Position numbers and translations under genes: made by a program. 64,000 nucleotides of DNA, from the NCBI GenBank assembly GCA_964016885.1, contig OZ024745.1, forward strand, positions 72,044,001 to 72,108,000, written 5' to 3'. Shown here piece after piece: positions 13,001 through 26,396 of this stretch. How positions within the stretch are numbered: the first letter of the stretch is position 1; every line of letters starts with the position of its first letter. Source of the DNA: Eledone cirrhosa (Eukaryota). The notes under the pieces were generated by a model. The model saw only the letters and a program-made list of their open reading frames with translations. It made no database searches and was not told where the DNA came from.

Positions 13001-13677
13001 ATTGTCATATATTTCCTCTTCCTATTTATCCCTTTAAATTCTAAAGATGTACAAACTCACAATTCATATGAAAGTGACTTTCAAATATTCTGAAATATTA
13101 ATTTCTTATTTAGGCACAAAGCAGCAAATTTTGAGGAAGGGCAAAGCTGATTAAATCAACTTCAGTACTTGATTTTCTTGACCCCAGAAAGATGAAAACT
13201 AAAGATGAATTCGGTGGGAATTCAACTCAGAAGGTTCTGAAATATTAATAGTATTGTTTATCATTGTTTCTGTATTGTTGATCCTTCAGTATAACACTAG
13301 TCAATTGAAGTGGTATTACTAATAGCAAGAAATTCACAAGTTTAAAAATAGAGGAGGATTATAAGTGAAAATGTTGTTAAATGTATTTACTTCAAGTATC
13401 AGAGAAAGTGCCAGGACACTTATGACATTTTCTTGATTTCAGATAAACACTAGTTCTATTATTTCAATAGATAGAACTACAAATTAAACTCAGCATAGGA
13501 ATGAGATAAAAGTAGCGATTATTCCTTCTAAAATATAGATATAATTCGTTATGAAGTAGGTAAGAAACTATTGAATTACATCGAAATTGCGTATCATTAA
13601 AAAAGAAATATAATTATAGTTGTAGAATAATATTGACAACTTCTGAACAGTAATCTTCGATATGTGGAGACTTACAC

Positions 13678-13891
13678 ATAATGGTTTCCGATATAGACAC
13701 ACGGCCAGTAATTTTGAGGCAGGGGAAAGTCGATTAGATCGATCCCAGTGCATTACTGGTGCTTTATTTTATCGACTCCGTAAAGATGGAAGGCAAAGCT
13801 AACCTCAGCGGGATTTGAACTCAGAACGTAAAGTGTCATAACTCTATACCGCAAAGCATGTTGTCCGACGCTTTACCGATAATGCCAATCC
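13678..13891 (-). mobile_element. tRNA-derived SINE, family S1
   Basis: Minus strand GGATTGGCA.TATCGGTA...GAGTTCAAATCCC (B box)...GTCGATAAAATAAAG..CCAGTAATGCACTGGG...ATTAT; >15 copies in window. Confidence 0.8.
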
Positions 13892-14365
13892 TGTTAATTC
13901 TATATTGTTCAAAGAAACGCCGAAAATGTTATTGAAATGCTCGTGTATTTGATAGTTCCATCCTGAAATCTATTAATTTTTCTTATATATTTCTGCATGT
14001 TCATATGTGTCCATCTGCATGCTATATATTATTGTTCATTACATTGTTACGAAGGCGATGGTTTGGCAGAGTCGTTAGGGCGTCGGATTAAAAATGCATC
14101 GGCATTTGGTCTGGTTCTCTGAGTTCAAATCCCACCGATGTCAACATTACCTGTAATTCTTTTGAGGTAGACAAATAAAGTCCTAGTCCATTACTGTGAT
14201 CAATTCTTCGTCTTTCCCAGTTACTCTCTTTCTCCTCCCCCTTCTCTCTTTCTCTGGAAGTAAACAGCTATGTTCTAGCCTGAAGAGAGATGGACACAGC
14301 TACGTTTCAGAAGAGTACGCCTAGAGGACACATTGTATGCCTTCTTTTAATATGATTTAGAGATT

Positions 14366-14552
14366 AATTGTTTCTACTTTGGGCACAAGGCCAGCAATTA
14401 CCCAGTGCATTACTGGTACTTTATTTTATCGACCCCGTAAGGATGAAAGACAAAGTTAACCTCGGCGGGATTTGAACTCAGAATGGCAAGGGCCGTAACT
14501 CTATGCGTCAAAGCATGGCCTCCGACCCTCTACCGATACTGCCAATCCACCG
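14366..14552 (-). mobile_element. SINE S1
   Basis: Same consensus, short-tail variant. Confidence 0.85.
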
Positions 14553-15384
14553 ATTAATGGCATAAACATACAACTATTCCTATTGATATTTTTATAACCG
14601 TAACTTCATATCTAACAGTAATCCTTTCATAAACTATACTATTGTTTATCATAGTTTCTGTATTGTTGATCCTACAATATAACATTAATCAATTGAAGTG
14701 GTATTACTATGTAGTTTCATTATCCAATCATCGTATTTAACTAAAACAACAGGCAGGTAGTATAACGAGTACTCAACTGTACCTGACTGCACTGGTAAGA
14801 CAATATACACATCTTTTCATTAACTTTACATATTTTCTATACTTCTTCTAATATACTCTTAACCTCTTAACATTTTCTTGCCCATTATTATAGTGATATT
14901 TACTGCATTTGAATTAATTAATATAGAATTTGGAAGGATTTCCTAAAATTATTAATTATTTAATTATTAAGATGATATTTGTAACATAACTTATCAAAAT
15001 GTTCTCATATCACACTATGCTGAAAAGATTTTAATTTCAATAAGAACCATTTAAAATACTTTTACCCAACTTTCATCTTCCTCACACCTTTTCTTTTTTT
15101 CTTTTACATTTTAAAAATTGTTTATAATACCAAATTCAATCAGCTTGATATTGTAAGATTAAATGTTTACCATTTCACATGTAAGATTAAATGAAATAAA
15201 TACAAGGGAAACAAGAGTTCTGCGGAGTAGATTACTAGTGTTTCAGTATTAACTTCTAAATCATTTCGTGTTGATAGGATTGCCTAAACGCACTGATGCA
15301 CTGATGCACTCTCATTTGCATGATATAGATGCAACCACCAGGTGGCTGCTTTCTGTTGCTTGAATTATACACACATATGTATAA

Positions 15385-15422
<38 letters not shown>

Positions 15423-15499
15423 GTGTGTGTGTGTATGTGTGTGTGTATGTATGTGTGTGTGTGTGTCTGTGTGTCTGTGTGTCTGTGTATCTGTGTCTG

Positions 15500-15545
<46 letters not shown>

Positions 15546-15547
<2 letters not shown>

Positions 15548-15927
15548 AATGTATGTATAGTATATTTGGCAATATACCGTATGTTTAATTAATAACATTT
15601 TGAAGACCTTGCGCTATCATTTTTAAAGTAGTGACTTTGTCACTTCTTTTTTCGGCAAAAGAAGGGAGGAGAGAAGCTAACAGAGTCTGTTTCACGCTGT
15701 TGGATTCTATAAGAATCCAGCCTCTATAATTTTCGGCAAAGGCAGGGAGTACGTTGCTCTGAGGATCGCCAACAGCGTGAAACAGACTGTTAGCTTCTCT
15801 CCCTTCTTTTTGCCGAAAAAAGAAGTAAGTGACATAGTTACTACTTTAAAAATGACAGTGCAAGGTCTTCTAAATGTTTTTAATTAAACATACGGTATAT
15901 TGCCAAATATACTATACATACATTCAT
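15546..15927 (+). mobile_element. Fold-back HHR element (imperfect ~160-bp inverted arms, ~65-bp spacer)
   Basis: Arms ~15546-15703 and ~15769-15927; HHR spans spacer and right arm. Confidence 0.7.
15745..15803 (+). ncRNA. Type I hammerhead with internal loop in stem I
   Basis: GGGAG-uacguu-GCU-CUGAGGA-U-CGC-caaca-GCG-U-GAAAC-AGACU-GUU^-AGC-uucu-CUCCC. Confidence 0.6.
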
Positions 15928-17084
15928 GTATACATCGCTACTTCAGAGCACCAATCCTAATATGTATATATGTATATATATGTATATATACCCATACATA
16001 CCAAATACATAAGATGGAGCAAGCATACGTACTACATACATACGCGAACAAGAGAATTTAATCTTGTTGATTTTCACACACATTGCTACAACCAGCATTA
16101 AAGGGTTTGCAAGATAAGAGTGTTGGTTTTCATATTCTTCTATTCCCTAATGCACGGAGTTATTTACATTTCACTAAACTTTTTCTAAATAAATTGAAAT
16201 GCATGAATGGTTTAGTATTTATCCAACAAAAAATAAACTTACAAATAGTCAAGCAGAACCCTTACTAATCATGCCCATGCATCATTACACTTAAAATGAG
16301 GTTTCCTGCACCAAAAGAGAGAAAAATGTATGCTTGTGAATATGTATATATTTGCACACACTGGTATTGGCATAAAGAAATTTTATTATCCAAATATCTA
16401 CATTTGTTTATATAAACCTATCAAGTTGCCAGTTTTTACATTTTATATCCTGTGGGAACATATATGGTGGTCGCTATTACAAATGATGGTAGAGCGTAGT
16501 AAATCTTTCCGATAGGATTATGAACTTTTCAATGTCAGTATTGAGGAAAATTATTGAAAAGAACGAGAAAGATAACGAGTGGTAGTCGTAAGAAATCTTT
16601 GAGGCCTATGTGTTCAGAGCACTGTACATTTTTAAATCCGTGTAATACCAACACAACACGCTGAAAAAGGTCTGTGGTTCTATGAAACAAAACCACCCAT
16701 TTTAAATGATTCTTATTGAAATAAAAATCTCTCAGCATAGTTTGATATGAGAACAATTCGCAAAATTAAATAAGCGGGTGGGAGTGTGGTGGGTGGGGTG
16801 GGGGATGGGGGTTGTATGAATAAAACCCGTGTGAGGGGGAAGGGTTTATGACAAATTAATAAGCGGGGCGTGGGGACGATTATTCAAGACCTGAGAGTAC
16901 GTGAATTATTGACGGACGTACGAATGAAAACTCAATACCGAATTAGAGTTTAAATATTCATTTATTATGGCTAAGTGTTGTTACTCTGGAATCTCACCTG
17001 CTTATTCACCAGACACGATTGGTAATCCTGTGAGGAGCGCGCAGGTGAAACCTTAGACTAACCAAGCTCACCAATAGTCATAAT

Positions 17085-17117
<33 letters not shown>

Positions 17118-17249
17118 GTTTTAATATAGATGAGATTCTACAGGACTAGAACTGTTTCATTTATCTCATCTATATTAAAACTTTTATACTCTGCTATGTA
17201 TTGAGTACCTTACTTACTGTGGTTACCTCCGATTCAACCTGGAATAACG

Positions 17250-17349
<100 letters not shown>

Positions 17350-17350
17350 G

Positions 17351-19106
17351 AGAGAGAAAAATACTGCAGGTAGCACATGGTAACATGTAATAAAATACGT
17401 CCCTCATCAGTGATTTGCCGAAGATCATAGATATTTCATTGCATTAAAAATCATATATCTCACTTCGGTGCAATAATAACCAAAATAAGTTATTAGGACA
17501 ATTAAAACGCGTAAAGCGAGTGAGACAGGAGAACAACAGAAAAGATAGCATACCGTGGGAGAGAAACAAGCTTCAAAAATTATTCTGTTAGCGTAAGCTA
17601 GGTGAATATATGAGCGCTAGGGAAAGAATAGTCCAGCACGAACGAAGGCCATTGAGCAGAGAGAGAAAAAATAGCGTCCGTGAGTGCAGGATGAAATGAA
17701 GAGAAGAGGGAGAAAAACAGTGAGTGAGTGAAAGTGGGAGGAAGAGTTAACGGACAAGACAGAGGGGGAGAAACAGAGAGAATGGGGGAACAGTAAGAGA
17801 GAGAGAAAAAACACAGAATCGCAGTGGTAAATATATGTATTAAAATATAGAGAAAAATACTGCAGGTAGCACATGGTAACATGTAATAAAATACGTCCCT
17901 CATCAGTGATTTGCCGAAGATCATAGATATTTCATTGCATTAAAAATCATATATCTCACTTCGGTGCAATAATAACCAAAATAAGTTATTAGGACAATTA
18001 AAACGCGTAAAGCAAGTGAGACAGGAGAACAACAGAAAAGATAGCATACCGTGGGAGAGAAACAAGCTTCAAAAATTATTCTGTTAGCGTAAGCTAGGTG
18101 AATATATGAGCGCTAGGGAAAGAATAGTCCAGCACGAACGAAGGCCATTGAGCAGAGAGAGAAAAAATAGCGTCCGTGAGTGCAGGACGAAATGAAGAGA
18201 AGAGGGAGAAAAACAGTGAGTGAGTGAAAGTGGGAGGAAGAGTTAACGGACAAGGCAGAGGGGGAGAAACAGAGAGAATGGGGGAACAGTAAGAGAGAGA
18301 GAAAAAACACAGAATCGCAGTGGTAAATATATGTATTAAAATATAGAGAAAAATACTGCAGGTAGCACATGGTAACATGTAATAAAATACGTCCCTCATC
18401 AGTGATTTGCCGAAGATCATAGATATTTCATTGCATTAAAAATCATATATCTCACTTCGGTGCAATAATAACCAAAATAAGTTATTAGGACAATTAAAAC
18501 GCGTAAAGCGAGTGAGACAGGAGAACAACAGAAAAGATAGCATACCGTGGGAGAGAAACAAGCTTCAAAAATTATTCTGTTAGCGTAAGCTAGGTGAATA
18601 TATGAGCGCTAGGGAAAGAATAGTCCAGCACGAACGAAGGCCATTGAGCAGAGAGAGAAAAAATAGCGTCCGTGAGTGCAGGATGAAATGAAGAGAAGAG
18701 GGAGAAAAACAGTGAGTGAGTGAAAGTGGGAGGAAGAGTTAACGGACAAGACAGAGGGGGAGAAACAGAGAGAATGGGGGAACAGTAAGAGAGAGAGAAA
18801 AAACACAGAATCGCAGTGGTAAATATATGTATTAAAATATAGAGAAAAATACTGCAGGTAGCACATGGTAACATGTAATAAAATACGTCCCTCATCAGTG
18901 ATTTGCCGAAGATCATAGATATTTCATTGCATTAAAAATCATAAATCTCACTTCGGTGCAATAATAACCAAAATAAGTTATTAGGACAATTAAAACGCGT
19001 AAAGCGAGTGAGACAGGAGAACAACAGAAAAGATAGCATACCGTGGGAGAGAAACAAGCTTCAAAAATTATTCTGTTAGCGTAAGCTAGGTGAATATATG
19101 AGCGCT

Positions 19107-19110
<4 letters not shown>
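17351..19110 (-). mobile_element. Family B1: ~3.5 near-identical tandem copies of a 496-bp non-coding unit inside (TA)n
   Basis: Near-identical ORF-track peptides recur at 17598, 18094, 18590 (496 spacing); few substitutions between copies; each unit has the permuted HHR-like motif. Confidence 0.9.
17399..17499 (-). ncRNA. Permuted, pseudoknotted hammerhead-like motif with K-turn (also 17895-17995, 18391-18491, 18887-18987)
   Basis: Minus strand GUCCU-AAUAAC.loop.GUUAUU-AUUGCA-CCGAAG-UGA-GAUAU-A^-UGAUUUUU-AA-UGCAAU-GAA-AUAUC-UAU-GAU-CUUCGG-C-AAAUCA-CUGAUGA-GGGAC; covaries with families B2 and B3. Confidence 0.7.
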
Positions 19111-19168
<58 letters not shown>

Positions 19169-19250
19169 AATAATAAAATTGAAGACTAAAATCCAAAGAG
19201 GGCTCGATAAGGAAAATATATATCAAATATATAAGAACCCGTATATATAT

Positions 19251-19426
<176 letters not shown>

Positions 19427-19678
19427 TAGCGAGAATCGTATTTCGGCTTTGGAATTAGCGAAAAACAACTTCCAAGATGTGTGGCAAGCGCTCAATAATT
19501 CTGACGAACCAGAGCTACAACATACGTTAAAGGCCAAACAGACGATGGTTAAACCGTCATCCGCACAACCATAGAAACGACCAAGTAATTCGGGTCAAAC
19601 AAATAAAAGAAATATGTGATTGAAAAATTTACCCGGACCCCTGGATGGTTGGTAAAATAAATATATATATATATACGA

Positions 19679-19738
<60 letters not shown>

Positions 19739-20344
19739 GTATATATATATATATCCAAAATTAAGATAAATCAAAATGAATTTAATCTAGATCAAATTAT
19801 GGGTGTCATGCCAGAAAGACATGCTCCATATCCTCCGTAAAATAACCTCTAAGATTCTAATGAATAGGTCCGAGCATTTTATAACAACTGGAAATTGATT
19901 AACATATAAATAAACATATGAAACAATCACAGGGGATAATTTGTACAAGTGTGCAAGCACACATAGGTAACTAAATAAAGTTAACTAGAACTTCAAAAAT
20001 AGATACCTTATAAGATGATTAATCTTCCTTGTATATATTCCATTAAAGAAATATATTTCACCAATTAATCGATTGATAAACGACAGTGGCCAGTACTTGG
20101 ATTCTCAACAAGGAAGAAGTCCAGCCATCTGTGTTTACGCATTAAGTTCAAATCAGCGACTGGCCAGTAACACGTGCTGTATCTACTAAAAATACACACA
20201 TCATACCAGCTTCGTCCCACTGGCTTGAATAGGGTTATCGACAACTAGAAACAGCAGTCAAGTCCTTTCAACAGAGTTAGCTGTTGAAACGACTTGACGT
20301 AAACACAGATGGCTGAATTTCTAGTTGTTATATATATATATATA

Positions 20345-20715
20345 TAGGAGATTAATAAATTGGGTATAATAACAGTTTCTTCTAAATACGAAGAAGTTCG
20401 ATATATTAACCCCTTAGGAAATGGCATAGAGTATGACTTAAAAAAAAATTATATATATATATATATAGTGGCTGGGAACTGGAGGGGAGGGGGGGGGGGG
20501 TAGCCCCCTTCCAATAATTATATTTTTCTCCCCAAACTACCAAAACATACATCTATTTGGATATGTGCAACAATTTATGTACATGTTATGTTTATTGCAT
20601 ATCGAAGTTTTCTGACCATTTTAGAGCGCAAGGAGCTAAACAACCTCTACAACTAAATTATCCAAATTTGCCCCATCTCCTCATCCAATTCAGAAATGTT
20701 TCCACCACCCCTGCT
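20345..20715 (+). repeat. Dispersed repeat, probably a DNA-transposon relic; inverted copy at ~25700-26050
   Basis: Shared AGGAGATTAATAAA.TGGGTATAATA...CCAATAATTATATTTTTCTC.CCAAACTACCAAAACA...TTTTCTGACCATTTTAGAG. Confidence 0.65.
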
Positions 20716-21463
20716 TTCCTTGAATACGAAAATATTTTGCGAGTGAAAGACGTCAACTGTCTGAATTGATGACACGTATAGCTGAAATTTACGAGATGAA
20801 TACACGTCGATGTATACATTCATATAGACATACAATGCATACATATCAACACTCACACACACATATATATATATATATATACAAACGTACATACACTGAT
20901 ATATTTATACAGACGCAATCATACATACACATGCACACAAACACACACATGCACACAAACACACACACTTACGTGCACACATACACGCGCGCATATAGAC
21001 ACCCCGACACACACATGCACCCCCCATATATATATATATATATACATATATAAAGACAACGTAACAAAGTTTTTCACTGACTAGTATTTAAGAAAAGGCG
21101 TTTTTCGTTAGGGAAATTTTAAAGTTAGTAACCATAGTAGTTAGACTCTTATCTTTTGAGTTTTCCTGTATGAAAAGCTAAATATCAAAGCTGCAATATG
21201 TCTGTAAATAATTATTCACGTGCACTGGGGAAAAGATGTTTATCTCCCCGGACAACCATTTCAACCACCTACTTATATGCATCAAGTTAACTAAGTATAT
21301 TTTGTCACGCTTACCAAATTATCATTTTTCTAATATGTTTAATGATATAGACATGATGGAAGTAAATACATACATGCATTCGCACATAAATTTACACACT
21401 TACGCAAACGGACATACACAGAATGGTACTCACGTACATTGCATTTGCATACACATATATATA

Positions 21464-22073
21464 CATGGTGGTTGCCAACTCGCTTTCGTGTACGGCCACT
21501 ACTTTACATCCATGTAGGAGAACCCCTACCGATGCGCTGAACGAGTGTGACTTTTTAGTCCAGCCAGTGACTTGAAAACTCTGGTACAAACACTACACCT
21601 GTGACAATTATTGACACATAGTGCTGGGCCCATGGTACCATGTGACGACAAGTGCAGAGAGATCTCCAGATATAAAGCAATGCCTGTGCCGTGAAGCTTT
21701 TATAGTGAGCAAAGGCACTGCACAAAGCCAGTCCCACTCTCTTGACCAAAATGATATTTACCAAAAAGAAGAACAAGTCAACATCATTGGATACCATCGG
21801 GGTTGCAGGTGTTATATCAGAGTTTTCCTTCTCCTAGAATTCTGCCTTGACAAAGGCTAAGGGTCATCTCTCCCGGTGATTTTGGATGGCCATTGACTCT
21901 TAAGAGCTCCTTTGCCCTTTGACAGGTTTTGTTTTTAATCCTGCAGGAAGTCCAAAGTCACCTTCCTAACCAAGAAACCTTGGCGAGGTTGCCAGTTTAG
22001 TAGCCAACGACCCGACCATGAGACAGGTTATACTGAAATACATGTTACCAGTAGCACCAACCGGTGACCTGAC
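21464..22073 (-). mobile_element. ~610-bp non-autonomous RTE derivative, full copy
   Basis: Reverse complement of 61644-62253; shares 5' UTR blocks and 3' hairpin with the RTE at 2578-6606. Confidence 0.8.
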
Positions 22074-22094
22074 AAACTATACATACATACACGT

Positions 22095-22170
<76 letters not shown>

Positions 22171-22219
22171 ATATATATGTAGCAACTGGAAAACTCATCG
22201 TTGGAACTGACGGAGCTCC

Positions 22220-22305
<86 letters not shown>

Positions 22306-22472
22306 TAATTTAATTTCTAAATAATGTATAGTTTATAAATGAACATATCCAGTAAGAACGGTTTTGGCATTTGCTATGTTCAAAAGTATTTTTTTCCCTT
22401 AAATAGATATGTGTACATATAGGGCAAAAAGAATAGTGTGGTAATTCCTGCTGAAATATCACTTACACCCGA

Positions 22473-22690
22473 TTAGGACAGTGGATTGCAGGAATCGCTA
22501 GAGGGCCACATAAAATGCTTTGTGGCGTGTAGTTACGCCCTTTTAAAGTTCTGCGTTTATATTCCGCTAAGGTCAACTTTACCTTTCTTCCAAGGTCGAT
22601 AAAATAAAGTACCAGTAAAAGTACTGATGCCGATATAAATGATTCCCCCACCTCTTAACAAATGGATGACCCTATGCCTAAATTAGATTT
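22473..22690 (+). mobile_element. SINE S1, diverged
   Basis: GTGGATTGCAGGAATCG...GGTCGATAAAATAAAGTACCAGTA. Confidence 0.65.
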
Positions 22691-24804
22691 CCTTATTTAC
22701 TTCATGTCTTGAACTTTCGGGGGATTACTTGCTCTTTGGGGCACGTTGCCAAAAGCACACTTTGCTCAGTACCTCAGAGAAACGCTAACAGCGTAAAAAA
22801 CGGAAAAGAAAAGAAAGTGTATCTGTTTTAAAAGAATAGAGGGTTATGAAAATCGATTAAGCAAGGTGTCATAATTGAATATATTTTCAATATATGTCTT
22901 TTTCGTGTATCAAAGACCACAACGACAAAGCCAGAAAATATGGTAAATATTTAAATATAGTGGGTGTAAGAAAAACAAGTATTTGGAAATCTTATCTAGT
23001 TTACAAATCAAACAAGATTTTATCAAGTAAAGGTCACAGCGATACCCCCAAATTATATAATTATATGTACAAATAATTACATAGGAAATGAGTGGGAGCG
23101 AAGAGCTTGGCGTATGTTTTAAGTCACCCACAATTGGTGAAAATATTTGTGTAATTCTTCCTTGCTATTTTTTTATGCTCTGGTCATGACTCAATTCAAA
23201 TATGTTTTACATGTTTTATTTGTATTAAGTTATCCTCTATACATATATCCCTACATATATATATATATACGTATATATATCACGTTTCTAATCACACAGT
23301 TAGTTGTTAAAAGACATATTGCAGTGCCAGTTAGAATATTAGAACGGATGATATTAATTTTCAATAATATTTTTTCTGTAGTGATATACATAAATTCCAT
23401 ATGATTAGTATATCTCCATTCAGATACATATTATATCTTAGTTGCTCAAAAGAGAAACGTCCGCTCCAGACATGTTTCATATTATTTTCAATTTAAAACC
23501 GTGACGTAAGGCTTTTGTAGAAGCTCTGTCACAGTTTGTAAACTATGCATATATTGAAACTATCAGCTTTTTATGAGAAAAAGAACAAAGTGTTCGTGTA
23601 TTTCTTATATTATATAAGGTGCGGCACGTAATTCTAAAAAGAAAACAAAAGAAAACAAAAACACCGTCGATGAGCATAAGTACCTGCCTTGAACTGAAAT
23701 TCAATTGAAATTATCTTCCCTTATAAAAAGTGAACCGATAACATTTCCTCAATTATTTATGAGTACTAGCAGATTTAAAGATAGCGTCTGAAGAGAGTTA
23801 ATGAGGCAGAACTGATAATGTGATCGTAATATTAATGTAGTTGTAAAAAGAAACATAGCTATGTAGATAACTTGCCTGCACAGTTTAGTTGACTGAGATA
23901 AACTTGCCTGCACATGTAAACTAGCTAACTATGCATCTACATGCGGACCGTGTGACTGAGTGTGACTGAGTGTGACCGTGTGACTGATCTTTATCAGAAG
24001 GCTGCGCAAATATCTAAGATCGTATAGTATACAACGTATACTAAGCGTAATGTAGCTATGCAAAAGAAATAAATTGTTGTTTAGCACATGGTTCATTACA
24101 GATTGAACATAACTTTAATCAATGGCGTGTACGCAGTGATCATCCAGTGTTTTATTTAAAAGTATAGGGAGTCCAGGACTACATTAATGTAGATACATAC
24201 GCTTTCTTCCACATTAAAACGGATGGGTGTGATTTGAGGGAAATTTACCTTGTTTTTAGCTGATCGAGTGATCTTATAGAGGCACCTTCGTTTGTTTGCA
24301 GTACAGATAGTATACGATGCTGCACGGAAATATTTCAATGCCCATACAGTATCTGCACATAATCAAATAAAACATTTACTCTGATAAACTAGTTAATTGA
24401 TGTTTTCTTAAACTGGTTGAAGACACTATACTCCAAAGTCAGTAAGTTCAAACAAAATTCTAATAGGTAATTTGTGCTATATCGTTCAACTTAGCTTGAA
24501 GATTCTGTCAATCATGTGTTAAATGAATACCAGTTATATGAAATATGTCTGCACTTCTTGAGTATGTAGATAAGATAGTGTATACCGAGAGAGATAAAAT
24601 GATAGAATAACTTGCTCAAGTAGATTCTATGTTTACAATGTAAAGTATTTTGGATGACATAATTCCCAAATCGACCTATATCTATGTTAAGTGGTGAAAT
24701 ATTTTAGTAGTGGGTTTTCCGAATATGAAGGAATATAATCACTTCATTGTGCTTGGTGTAATACTTGATATTAGAATATAAGCTTTATATAGCTGAACTG
24801 TAAG

Positions 24805-25045
24805 CATTACCAGTAATGCATTGGGTAATTGCTGGCCTTGTGCCGAAAGTAGAAACAATTATTTTGGCAGTATCGGTAGAGGGTCGGACACTATGCTTTG
24901 ACGTATAGAGTTTCGCCCCTTGCCATTCTGAGTTCAAATCGCGCTGAGGATAACTTTGCCTTTCATCCTTATGGGGTCGATAAAATAAAGTACCAGTAAT
25001 GCACTGGGTAATTGCTGGCCTTGTGCCAAAAGTAGAAACAATTAT
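24805..25045 (+). mobile_element. SINE S1, partial tandem (tail plus near-full copy)
   Basis: Tail GGGTAATTGCTGGCCTTGTGCC.AAAGTAGAAACAATTATT occurs twice. Confidence 0.8.
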
Positions 25046-25699
25046 TAGATTAACTTGACCAAGGAAATAATTAAACATTAAAGAACAAAATATAGTATTG
25101 ATAAAAAAGAAACTACTTAATAGTGCAACTCAGTGTGTCTGTGGTTGTCTGTAAAGACAGAAGAAGCCTACATGTAATTATAAATCAACAGAAAACCGAG
25201 ACAATAATATTTGGAAACTATGATATCATATTCATGTGGTTTTGTTTTAGTTAATTATTATGGTTGAAATTAGTCACGTTTAAAACCTACAAAAGAGAAG
25301 AAAATATTTGGAACAGAGAAATATTCTTTCTCGTTTTTTTTAAATGCAAAATCTGCCTCCCATTGGCCTTCAATAGTTGACATTTTATTTTTATATTATT
25401 TTATTTTACTTTATTTTATTTTTTCACTTTTTTAACTTATTAATTTTTTTATTATTATTACTTGTCTCAGTAGCTCTTTTTGATTACCAACTTCCTCTAG
25501 TCTGTCACGGCTTACTAGCTCTATACGGACGTTTAAACTGACTAAACGAATGAATAATTAAAATAAACTACTTTATTGACTTACTTTATACTAGTGTGAT
25601 GAATATGATGAGACAGACATATGACAAACAACGTATTTTTATATAGACATAGATTATCTCTAAAAACACTGACTCAAACACCCACGCACACACACACAT

Positions 25700-26050
25700 A
25701 TAGCGGGGGTGGGGTGGAAGCATTTCTGAATTGTGGGGGCCAAATTTAGAAAATATAGTTGTAGTCATTAGTTTAGCTCTTTGCACTCTAAAATGGTCAG
25801 AAAACTGCGATATGCGATAAACATAACGTACATAAACTATAGCGCATATACAAATAGATGTGTGTTTTGGTAGTTTGGCGAGAAAAATATAATTATTGGA
25901 GAGCGAATGCGCCCCCACCCCTGTTCCACAGCCACTGTGTGTATATAATAAAAAATAAATGCCCTGTGCCCTTTCCTAGGGGTTTAATATATCGAGCATC
26001 TTCGCATTTGGTAAGAAACTGGTATTATACCCATTTTATTAATCTCCTAT
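25700..26050 (-). repeat. Second copy of the 20345-20715 repeat
   Basis: Reverse-complement similarity seen by eye. Confidence 0.65.
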
Positions 26051-26396
26051 ATATATATATATATATATATATGATGAAACACAAATACCAACACATCTGT
26101 ATTTATATACAAAAGAAAATTTAGCCAGAATGAAGTATACTAATTATAATATTACAGTTTGTCCATATCGATTTAAAATAATAAATCAACAAAGACGAAC
26201 TGCATTGCCAAATGGCCATATATATATATATATATAACAAGAAGTGTAAGTCAACAGGTTAAAATTAACTTCGTTTATTCATATTCGCTGCAATATATAT
26301 TTCCGTGATAACCATAATTCAATAGTTATGACCTCATCAGGCAGCAAGAACTTGAACAGAAAAAACAGGGAAACATAATGGTGGAATAAAGTTTAC

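Noticed and set aside
17399-17499. Family B motif as a box C/D snoRNA, SECIS or group I intron
   Set aside because: CUGAUGA is 3'-terminal and directly follows a covarying helix; box order and group I P/Q/R/S elements are not found; not excluded without an Rfam search
17598-18916. Repeated 108-aa and 85-aa ORFs in the 496-bp array
   Set aside because: Low-complexity products of a pyrimidine-rich strand; reading frames not conserved in B2 or B3
17351-19110. CRISPR array or simple satellite
   Set aside because: No unique spacers and eukaryotic context; diverged relatives are dispersed elsewhere in the window
20120-20330. GAAAC-AGCA-GUC plus local inverted repeats
   Set aside because: No CUGANGA partner found
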